Source: Octopus sinensis (lineage: Eukaryota). From it: 64,000 nucleotides of DNA. Position 1 is the first letter of the stretch; each line of letters starts with the position of its first letter. Of this stretch, positions 52,951 to 64,000 are shown in pieces. Under the pieces are notes generated by a model, which was not told where the DNA came from, did no database searches, and saw only the letters and a list, made by a program, of their open reading frames with translations. The stretch covers positions 122,822,001-122,886,000 of the forward strand of contig NC_042998.1 in assembly GCF_006345805.1 (NCBI RefSeq), written 5' to 3'. Position numbers and translations under genes: made by a program.

Positions 52951-54674
52951 GGCCCCTCTCGTCGCTTCTGTACGTATTGACTCTTGAGCCACTAGTGCAG
53001 AAGCTGGAGACGCCGAGGGGCATGTGCATGCGAGAGCTGATATGCGGGAGGAACGTGTCTGCATACGCGCACACCGTGATAGTGTCGAGCCACAGGCATA
53101 ACGACCTGGTCGGCGAGACACTAAAAGATTATGAAGCAGTAATGGGAGCAAAAATTAACCGGGAAAAAGCCAGTGGGCTTGCGGTTCGGCACCGGGAGAA
53201 ACACGCCCATGCCGTCCAACAGCGTCTCCATCGTGGGACGCTGGACCGACGGACCAGTTAAACTGCTCGGAGTCTGATTCGGTCTGGACCTTCAAATGGA
53301 GGAGAACGGAGGCGAGATAACAACGAGGATGACCACTCTCACCCAGTATTGGGCCAGGAGGAAGTTATCCGTAAAATGTCGAGCGGAGGTGGCGAACGCA
53401 TACATCGCATCCGTCATCGATTACCGTCTGACCGTCGTGCCTTGTCCCGACCCTACCATCACTAAACTGGAACGCATACTCTTCCGCTTTTTGTGGAAGG
53501 AAAGCGTTCCGATGGTTAGGCGATCCATTAGCTGTTAAAACCCGCTAAATGGAGGGCTAGGCATGCCGTGGTTGATGGTGCGCAGACATGCGCTGAGACT
53601 GCGGCATATCTGGCGCTTCTTTGGCCGAACTGCAGTCGTGGATCACACAGAGACCGAGGCTAGGCAAATGGCACCGTGAGTGCCGCCTTGTTCTCAAGCA
53701 ACTCTGCCGTCCGGGGCCAGACTTGTGAGACTTCATGACAACAAAGGCGTTCTAAAGAGGATTTGTGGAGAGGAGGTGCGACCACGTTATCGGGCAGAAT
53801 CTGGGCGTCGACGAGGAACACCTGACCCGCCTGTTCAGGACAACTTTAGGGCCGGGAACTATGGACAATCACCGTAGATTCCTGGCCTGGCAATGCTATC
53901 GAGAAGCATTACCCGTTCGGGATAAGCACTACAGGCACGGTTCGAGACATACCGGACCGACTTGCCCGAGATGCGGTCAAGCGACGAAAGAGTTTTGCAC
54001 GTACTCGTGCAATGCCCAACCATTTCGGACCTGTGGGCTTATGCCGAACGGCTGCTGTCACGTGTGGAACGAGTCTGCCTGTCGGCTGAGTCTATCGGGA
54101 AAATTGCTCCCTAACTTTCCCTTAACCGGGAAGGCAAAGCAATCTTCATCGTACTGGAGGCCATGGTGAAAGAATGTATGTGGTGGACTCGAGTGAAAGG
54201 TTTAGAGACATTCACTTACCTCTGGGGCCAATCGCTCATCAACTTTTTGAAGTGCCATTTGAAAAGGAAGGTGAGAATAAAGAGGCAAGTTTCAATAAAT
54301 GTGAAAGTTTCAATAACTGGTGGGTGAATGTAGCAAAGATGTTGTGTGCGAGTGACGAAAACACTTTAAGCATGATCCTGTAAATCGAAAAAGGAGTGAG
54401 AGAGAGCACTTTGCTCTCATGTGTTTATCCTCCTTGCCCGAGGTTACTGTGGTCTTTTCCGTAGGCGTTTCTTTCCACGGATAAACCTAATTTTGCTTTT
54501 TACTTTTTAAAAATTTTTCTGTGATACAAAATTCTTTGTGATCGTTTTATTTTCTCAGGATCCTTTTTGATCGGAATTTTTTTTTCTCCTTTTTTTTCAA
54601 TTTTCGAAAAGAAAAGCTCTACATTGCATTTTGTCCCTTCTGTGTTCATCCCTATATGGCTAATAAAGAAACTT
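52951..54674 (+). mobile_element. 5'-truncated Tx1/L1-clade LINE (RT C-terminus, zf-RVT-like region, 3' UTR) inserted in (ATCT)n
   Basis: PLSSLLYVLTLEPL...VSAYA, ...KLERILFRFLWK, ...LAWQCYREALPVRDK...TCPRCG. Ends AATAAAGAAAC-(ATCC)n(ATCT)n. Confidence 0.88.
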
Positions 54675-54718
54675 ATCCATCCATCCATCCATCCATCTAT
54701 CTATCTATCTATCTATCC

Positions 54719-54799
<81 letters not shown>

Positions 54800-57700
54800 C
54801 CATTTCTCTAGTGATTTTCTTGGCTTTAATGAATGGAATTGCAATTTTGTCCGATGTGAATAGTATTGACATGCCCGTCCTCATAAATCTGTTAGCTTTG
54901 TACTTAAATTAGAAAGTATTTCGAAGTGGAATTGAGATAGGGAATGACATAATTGGAAGAGAGTTTAAAAACTGATTTTACAGTATTTAGCCATATTATT
55001 AATATATAATAATATTACTGCAATGTTAATATATTGCAGTATTTATCCTACGAACGATATCGCACTAAACAAAAAGCGATTAATCGACCCAACGGCTGAT
55101 ATTCTGACAGCCTACCAAGTCGATCAGTTACATCACTTACTAGTGACTGAAGTATTTTCCATAAGGTTTATTGTGAGTTGTACCTCAGAGTGTGCCAAAT
55201 ATTCGCTTTCTTTAGCAGCTGCTAGAGAGAGTGTTATTCTGATGGTGGTATTGTTGCTTAGCTATAGTCATCCATCATTACACTGAAATAAGCACGCCGG
55301 GAGGGTGCTTCTTTTCCGAAACTCTAAGCTTTAATTCCTGTTCTAAAAAACAATAAATGTTTATATATGACAGAATCCGTATTTTTATCCATTGTTATAG
55401 CCGTTAAAACAGCTTGGTCACTACACAACCTAAACACACAACACTGTTTTATTAGTTACAGATGTTTAGATGTATGTATGAAGAGAAAAATTATGATTCA
55501 TCAACGAATCTGTCCCTCTTTCTCTGTTAATGAGAACAATACTTTATTGTTATTTATTCTCCAAGCAAGCACACCTTATTCTCCAAGTAGGCACACTTAT
55601 GATCAAAAGCAATCCATATATGATCATTCAGCCTTTTTTAAAACGTTATCTGTGATACACTATTTAACATTTTCTTCCTTCATATACCGTTACTAGGGTA
55701 AAATTAAAGAGAATATTAACCGTTATTTCTAACAGATGGAGCAAACTGTCTTTGTACGTTGATTTTGTTTGGTTTGTGGAGAAGGAATTTTTCTGCCATA
55801 CTTTTTTTTCCCGGAGAAAAGGAATTATACCAGTAAGAAGAAAAATGGCAGTAACTACAATTCTCATTACTGCAGCATACCTCAACTTTCTGATTCATTT
55901 AAATGTAGCTAGTGTTGTTTTGTACCTCAATCGCTTTGAGTTCTTAAGTGGCTCGGTATAGAATAAACTCACACATGCTTCCACTATAATCAACGTTTAC
56001 CAGTTCTTACTTATTACAAAGTATGATTTCATCCAATCAACTCGGAACTCCAGAAATGATTATATGGATTGTATAGATATGATATAATTTTCACTTCTAA
56101 TCTAATTTAAATTCAGTAGAGCAGCCCCTTCACTAATATTTTATACTTCTCACCTGTTTACTGCAATACATTATACTTGAACGTACTACTCGTTTACTGT
56201 AAAATATATCACAGTAATCAGAAAAGAGAACATTGCAATTTCTCACAGTTACGGCTTCATAACATTTCGGTTATTTCTATCCCAGAAAACTATTTATAAC
56301 AACAAAAGTAACAACAATTTAAGTAATTGTATTTCTTTATACACCCGAATGTCTTCATTAAAAGATTTCTTAATCAAGTATCTATCAAGAAGATTATTAT
56401 TTTCAATGGCAATCATTTCTGTTCGAGGCAGCCGTAAGTGATGGCATGACATAAACACATGATGTTTACTATTGTCTAGTAAGAAGGATCAATCTTTTCG
56501 AATCAATGGAAGTTAATGATATATTCGCCATCATACAGGTATACTTAAATTGCTATCTTTATACTAATGTGTACAATAATTCAATCACATAAATACCGAC
56601 TATCTCATTTATCAACTGAAGATTATTTGTCTGAGAAAATAAGAAAATAAGTGGAAAAAAAAGAGAAAACAAGATAAAAACTATGCAAAAGAAAATTGTC
56701 TAAATGAAGAGTATTTGAATAAAATAAAAAGTATACATTAAGTCATATTCATATTTTTATCTTTGAAATCAAATTCGGTTCCTATATTCTGGTAATTTAA
56801 AGATAAAATTAGAAATTTCTATAGCTTTTATAATTCCAGACGATTGCCTAAAACTTCTCAGAAACTGTGATTAGTTTACGGAAATTGAACCATCTACGAT
56901 TTTCACTAGCTTCCTTTGCTTTTAGTTAAGTTTTGTTTTCTGTATGTTTTTATTTTGTTCTAAGAGATTCATGGGAAACTGAAGAATACAAGAGGACACT
57001 TGATTCTATTTTGTTTCTTCATAAGAAACAGGTGATAAAAGATAGCTGTAATATGATGACTAAAATAGGTACTTTGCGATGAGTTTCAACTCAGATCAAT
57101 AAAGAATAGAAAATGATTTTCGAACCTATTACTTGAAAGTGAAAAAAATTGGTTCTTCAAATATGGAAAGCGAGAAGTTTATTTATAGAATTGTTACCAA
57201 TACGTAGTTTTGATATTTGCAAATATTAAAAGGGTTATGTGGTGGTTGAAATGAACGAAGTTTATGGTACACTGCTCTGTCTATTTTTACTGTTATCTTT
57301 ACTGGGTAAACTGATGCAGATTGCTTAGCACTCAGAAACAAGTTATTACTGATTGGAGATTACATATCCTTGTATTGTATTGTTTTACAGATGTACTGGT
57401 GATTAGAGGGGGAAATGTATTGACAAGTGTGATTATGGTGCAGAGAGGAAAGGACACACGTTACTCAAAATGTGAGTTCAAAGAAGAGTCTGTAGCAAAT
57501 ATTGTAGAATGCAGAAAAAAGGGTTGTTTCAAGAAACGATTTTGTTACAGGACAGTAAATTTACTCACATATAAATGAATAATTCTCGTAGTTGTAAACA
57601 TATGCCATTTGATGGAATATCTCTTTATCTTGATATGGTGGGTTCATTTTGTCTAAATAAGGATGGATTTGCTTGTTCGGCTTTGTCTTGATATAGTACT

Positions 57701-59946
57701 TGCTGACAATGTCTTTAGTAATTTCACTCTGACATAATGGGTAATGGTCTTCGAATCAGACATAATTGTAAGAAATGGACATATCCGTTGTTATAATTTC
57801 TTAATTCATAGCTTAGGATATGAAAGGAAATATGAATATTTAAAATTTCCTTTAGAAATTGATATATTCGAGAAGGTAGGCTCAGAAAAATAAGCAAGAA
57901 ACGCATTGTTATAGATGTGATTTTAAATAAGATTTCAAATCCACGTCGATACTTAATCCACGTCGATACTTATCAGGTAGCCACAAATGTCACGAAATCT
58001 CATTATTCTTTCGTCTATATTCGTGAGCATGTCCTTGAATTTAAAATGAATCTATACTAATAGAATGCCACGAAAAAAGAATAAAAGAAGAATACAAAAG
58101 TCAGTGGCGACACTAACTTCGAAGAATTCAATAAATTAAACATAGTGAATGTAAGCGGTATCATGGAGAGAAAACAATGCTTTATTTTCAACTCAAGAGA
58201 GTACAGTTAATTCACATAATTTCAAATTAATATTCAGACTTAATTCCATTCGAATGGAAGTGTATATCAAAGATGATAGGGACTCAGAAGGAAAAGATGT
58301 GAAAATAAATTAAAGCACGTTTTTGAATTACGAAAGAAGTAGAAAAGCAAATTCTTGACAATCCTTAAACAATGATTATACTCACAAGGAATTAAATTCA
58401 GATGTACAAGCCAAAGAAGCAGTTGTCACTTTTACACCATCGACGAAGATTACTACACACACACGCACACACACGCAGTGACATACAGCTACACTACATA
58501 CTTCGATGTACGAGATTGTTCCACTTTTTTTTACTTCATTAACAGAATCAATATCAGAGGAATGTAAAATGTAATTTTTTATGCTGATAACTTTCTTTAA
58601 TGTTTCAAGACTCATAAACGTATATAAAAATACACTAGACTTATAATGCTACTACATACATAGAAAAAATTCTTTTGAAGAAAATTATATGTATTTCAAG
58701 AAAAAGTATGATACACAATTTCTTTAGAATAGGCAACAAATAAAATATAAAATTTAAAATATATGCGGTATTATTGGTTCTGTAGATTTTTAGTTTTTTA
58801 AAGATGGTAAAAAAAGGGCCCACTGCTTTGCCTTACATATTCTTAATTTTTCTTTATAACAATTCAACGCTACTATTCCAGGAATTTTAACGGTTATGAT
58901 TTGTTCATAATTTGGATAGTTTTCTAGTCATGTAATTAAGTCTTTTTGATAAGATTGCTGTTAATAAAGTCGGCGTCGAGGAGTTTCTTCATCACTAAGT
59001 GAACTAGATAACTGTAGCCCAGTTAAATCCTTCAATCTTCAAATCGAGGATTTCGTTACCAGCACACAGAAAATCGTTACGTTCACCATCCTTAACTTCT
59101 TAAATCCAGTGTCTGTACCATTCGTATAAAGTTATTCATCGGTTGAACTATTTAATCCTCCATCATTTAGATTCTTTTTTCCTACAGTGGGACACATAGT
59201 TTCTTGACTCTTTTGAAAGATATCGGTTTTCTCTCCCAGCCATATATAATATTTTTTGCTTGCTTGTATAAAATAGTGACGTTTCCTGAATTCTTTGGCG
59301 TTCTGATGTAATGAACATTCTTAAATTCGTCTAATATGAAGTGCCCTGAAAACATGAACATTCCTGTTTCACAGACTGTATTTGTGAAGTTGTGAATCGT
59401 AGAATAAAACTAATTTCATTAAGTGTAGTGTTTGGATTGAATCAAAATATGAGGTAGCACTGGCCAAAAGAAGTGTCATTGGCCCAAATATCGTTTTCTA
59501 CCATTAAAATGCAGTAACAAAGATCAATTATTCACTAAACAATTGCGTAAAAAAAATCCTGTATATCCCATTTTCATTTTCGTTTTCGAAGGTTGTTGAT
59601 GACATTTCTTTAGCACATGTTTTCTCGACCTACCTGCTTAAAATTTATGCGAGCCTGAATGATAGGCTCTCAAAGTTTTTCAGTATCTAGCTACACTACA
59701 TGACAGAAGGAAAGTTGATAGATCATACATGAAAGGTCTTCATAGACGCTGGCGTACATCGGACTTGGTGAGCGGTCCTCTGCTTCGTATCTCCATCAAC
59801 TTTACCAGTATTTTAATACCAAGCTTATAAAGAATTCCCGATGTCATATGCTCAATAATGATAACCGTCTTAGAATTGTGCTTCACTGAGGTTGTAGATA
59901 CAACAAAAGTTCTGGAGTAAAGATTATTTGCCCACATAACATGGCG

Positions 59947-60294
59947 GTCCTGGTTTAGGACGAATGTTGCTGTAATTTAGCCCCAGAAGACATCGTCTCC
60001 AGCTGGCTGTACAACACAATCTACGTCCTTTTATTTTCGATAAAGGGAATCTAGCACCCCAACTCAGCTCAAAACAATATCTGTGTATCGCGATTTTCGG
60101 GTTATTTCTCTTCATCAGCACAGAATAATTGTGTAATATATATAATCACAATACACAGATATTAATTTGAGCTGAGTGGAGGTTTTAGATTCCCTTGTTC
60201 GAAAATAGCAGGACACAGATCGTGTCGTATACCCAGCTGGAGACGATGTCTCCTGGGGGCTAAATTACTGTAACATTTCTCCTAAACCAGGACT
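59947..60294. mobile_element. Fold-back pLTR-type element with diverged arms of about 140 bp and one internal hammerhead
   Basis: TCCTGGTTTAGGA...GACATCGTCTCCAGCTGG...CTCAGCTCAAA...ATATCTGTGTAT is matched in reverse at about 60150-60294. Confidence 0.85.
60081..60123 (-). ncRNA. Type I hammerhead-like motif (weakened stem II, extra A)
   Basis: CTGTG-CTGATGA-AGAG(AAATAA)CCC-GAAAA-TCGCGA-TA-CACAG. Stem I is CTGTG/CACAG, and ATCGCGAT is palindromic. Confidence 0.6.
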
Positions 60295-60672
60295 GGCTTG
60301 TAATGTTGCTAAATATCTCTCGTTGTGAGATTTACAAATAGTAATTTTCTAAACAAACGTTCTGACTAAATCTGATTTAAAATGAGGTGTCTAGAATGAG
60401 ACTCGTGCATATTCAGAGCCATTTCGACTGACTTTTTCATGAAGACACATAGGTATTTCGAGAACTTCTTGGTTTCCCGTGAACTTATCGATGATTACGT
60501 TTAAATATTTCAGACACTCTGGTATCTTTGAAACCATCCTTCTGCGTGTGTAAAAACATATACATACATAGATACGTGCATATATGCACAAACATATGTA
60601 TATATAGGTATATATATATAATATATATATATATATACATACATACATACATATATATATATACACACACAA

Positions 60673-60713
<41 letters not shown>

Positions 60714-61485
60714 CTCACACATATATATGCACATGTGTGTATATTACATACATACATATATATATACATGTGTGTTGTATCTGTATATTACACAGACACA
60801 TGCACACACGCACACACACATACACATTTACATAATTGTGTGTGGTGTGTATGTGTGTAAATTTGATTTAATCTTCTTTGATCGATATATTTATATTAAA
60901 TCTATGTTTACAATGAATTCCCTCTCTATCAAATATAAACGTAATTACCCGAAAAGAAATACACACTACATAGATCCCCACCCCAGACTCATAAATACTT
61001 ATTTAGTTATCTACTTAACTAAATCTTTTATAATATCAATCTATATTTTCTTTTAAAACTGTACTTAAAAGTAAGTGAATTATATTCGATTTCTTGGAGA
61101 TCAAAATCAGTTTGTAGTGCAATATAAATAAAAGGAGTGCAAAAAAACAACAACAGAAAACAAAGAAGATTACTGTGTTTTTGTTTATGTTCAAAATGCT
61201 TTTCTTTAAATTTAATCATGTTAAATATTACAATCTGTTTGAGGTTTCCTGTAGTGTGTTTTGTATTGTTGTAGAAGTGAGTTTTAGAAATCACAACGTT
61301 ATTTGATACTAACATAATTTCCTTACAAAACATACTTTTCAATTAGGCATGACGTTTCCTAAAGTGATAGTAGTAGAGTGTCCTTTCTGATACAGTCACC
61401 TCTAATAGAGTACCGCCCCCATTATCAAAAGAATTACATTGAAACAGTCCTGCCGTTTGTATTTTTTGGTTTTTCAGGCCTAGTA

Positions 61486-61712
61486 TATCTATTTCTTTAC
61501 TACCCACAAAGGGGCTAAACACAGAGGGGGCAAACAAGGACAGACGAACGGATTAAGGCGATTACATCGACTCCAGTGCGTAACTGGTACTTAATTTATC
61601 GACCCCGAAAGGATGAAAGGCAAAGTCGACCTCGGCGGAATTTGAACTCAGAACGTAATGGCAGACGAAATACGGCTACGCATTTCGCCCGGCGTGCTAA
61701 CATTTCAGCCAA
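61486..61712 (-). mobile_element. SINE with family 2 head and core and a Tx1-like 3' tail
   Basis: Core as in the other copies; the tail is TTTGCCCCCTCTGTGTTTAGCCCCTTTGTGGGTAGTAAAGAAAT. Confidence 0.85.
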
Positions 61713-61749
61713 ATCAAAACTATATGAGTCTTAATGTTTTAAAGCGATA

Positions 61750-61784
<35 letters not shown>

Positions 61785-62519
61785 GTAGATAGCTAGAGGG
61801 AGAGAGAGCCTCCATGTGTGTGTGTGTGTGGTGACTCAGACCGATTGATTATGAAGATGTACTTTTCTTGGCTGCTGTTTTATATGATTTCTAAGAAAAT
61901 GAAAGAGATGGGGAAGGGAATTATAATACTTATCTTATTGATGTCGAAATGTTGAAAGGCAAAGTCGAACTTGGCGTAATTTGAAAAAGAATGTCCCAAA
62001 AATTAACTAAACACCGCGAGGCAGTTTGTACGCGCGAATACGTGTAAGATATAAATATTTTATTATCGGCACATCCTCTCAAAATATGAAGTTATGATTC
62101 CTTGTCACTCCGCTTTCTTTCACATATGGTAATAGCATAATTCAAGAAAATGATGGAATTAATTGGCATATTTTATACCATTTTCTGCTTCTTCAGAATT
62201 TAAGCCAATATATTTTAGCCTGTTTAAGATGACATGCGTGTATTTTTATGTTTTCTACAATATTTTGATACTGCAATGCTCAGCAATAGTCATGAACCAC
62301 AGCTTTTTCAGATGCACGCCTGAAATAATCTCAGCTGAGTACTGTATAGAATAGTAACAAGCCTCGATCATACATAGTTGCAATCAGCATTGATGTTTCA
62401 ATTGTTCCTACACAAGCATACATACAAATATATATGCGTGTATATCTGTGTGTGAGTTTCTGTGTTTGTGAGTGTATGTATGTACGTGAGTGTGTGTGTA
62501 TGTGCGTCTGAGTATGTGT

Positions 62520-62940
62520 GTGTGTGTGTGTGTGTGCGTGTGTGTGTTTTAGTGTGTGTGTGTCTATACACGTGTGCTTCCGTCTCTGAATGAATATTCA
62601 CATCCATTTGTGTATTTGGATGTATTTGCAGTAGGTGAAAACAATGTTGATTGTCAGTATATGAATGCATACGAATATAAGTAAACATTCGACACGGTAA
62701 ACGCTCACATTCTATTTCACTTCTTAAAAGATTAACTTTTAAATATGTGTACAAAATTACGTGATATTCAAAGAAATGTTTACAATATTCTATCGGTGTA
62801 CATCTCTGTGAGTATTTTCATCTAAGTTTTAAGTTAAAATCTGTTTTGGCACGAAACACTGTGGCCATAAGTAACTCCTCTAGTATAATTTAAATACTAT
62901 TTATGCGTGTATTGTTTGTGTATGTAAGTATGTATGCATG

Positions 62941-62971
<31 letters not shown>

Positions 62972-63396
62972 GTGTGTGTGTGTGTGTGTGTGCGTGTGTG
63001 TGTTTTAGTGTGTGTGTGTCTATACACGTGTGCTTCCGTCTCTGAATGAATATTCACATCCATTTGTGTATTTGGATGTATTTGCAGTAGGTGAAAACAA
63101 TGTTGATTGTCAGTATATGAATGCATACGAATATAAGTAAACATTCGACACGGTAAACGCTCACATTCTATTTCACTTCTTAAAAGATTAACTTTTAAAT
63201 ATGTGTACAAAATTACGTGATATTCAAAGAAATGTTTACAATATTCTATCGGTGTACATCTCTGTGAGTATTTTCATCTAAGTTTTAAGTTAAAATCTGT
63301 TTTGGCACGAAACACTGTGGCCATAAGTAACTCCTCTAGTATAATTTAAATACTATTTATGCGTGTATTGTTTGTGTATGTAAGTATGTATGCATG

Positions 63397-63429
<33 letters not shown>

Positions 63430-63447
63430 GTGTGTGTGTGTGTGTGT
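62520..63447 (+). repeat. 456-bp tandem duplication bounded by (TG)n
   Basis: ORFs 62398-62754 and 62890-63210 share identical N-termini. The offset is 456 bp and no mismatches were seen outside the microsatellite. Confidence 0.92.
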
Positions 63448-63860
63448 GTCTGTGTGTGTATACAGACACGCACTCACATACATACACACACATACCGGAA
63501 AAAATGATGCTGCAGAAAATAATTTACTGCAGTGGACTTTGCCGGTTAGAGAACGTATTAATTTAAATTTAAATTTATATATAAATTTAAATATATAAAT
63601 TTAATTTAATATATATGATAGAAAGCTTCGAATGACTTCTTGTTTTTTTTTTGTATCGTCTATCTGGGTGCTTTGTTGTCCCTTTTTGTATCAGTTGTCC
63701 AGATGTTTTCCGTTCTTGTCCCATTTTGTATAATATATATACATATATATATGTAGAATAAGCGCCAGGCTTACAAAGTATACGTTCAAGGTTCGATTCC
63801 TTTGACTACAAGGCAGTGCTTCAGCAATGCTGCAGTCAAATGACTGAAACAATCGTAACT

Positions 63861-63891
<31 letters not shown>

Positions 63892-64000
63892 GTTCCGTTA
63901 AGGTTGCATCAATGAAAAAGTACGCCATCCGGTGAGATAAATATCATCTAATGTACATTGTGCTTAAAATAAAAGCTACAAATAGTTTCTTGCCATAAAG

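Noticed and set aside
57936-57972. 17-bp tandem duplication (AATCCACGTCGATACTT twice)
   Set aside because: Only two units, consistent with ordinary slippage.
58396-58580. Open frame ELNSDVQAKEAVVTFTPSTK...
   Set aside because: It runs through a (CA)n tract and has no donor site or motif.

Overview
AT-rich, microsatellite-dense eukaryotic DNA. The SINE families and the density of (TA)n/(CA)n/(TAA)n tracts suggest an octopus or other coleoid cephalopod (inferred, not searched). I found no host protein-coding gene, rRNA, tRNA gene or CRISPR array that I can support, and most ORF-track entries are microsatellite translations. The window is a nest of transposable-element relics: (TAA)n-associated R4/Dong-type (restriction-like endonuclease) LINE fragments, a CR1/L2-type LINE, Tx1/L1-clade LINEs in (ATCT/ATCC)n, several tRNA-derived SINE families, a near-intact D,D34D mariner with a deleted relative, and Penelope-like element (PLE) GIY-YIG relics. 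The strongest unexplained signal is about a dozen minimal type I hammerhead-ribozyme motifs from at least six distinct sequence families. They sit in short fold-back, tandem or circularly permuted non-coding elements resembling pLTRs or retrozymes, and one has a 10-bp target-site duplication confirmed by restoring the interrupted LINE reading frame. There is also a cluster of near-perfect long palindromes and template-switch-like duplications (14-21 kb) that may be biological or assembly artefacts, and SINE 3' tails matching two different LINE clades. All alignments and folds were done by eye, so coordinates of decayed elements are approximate.
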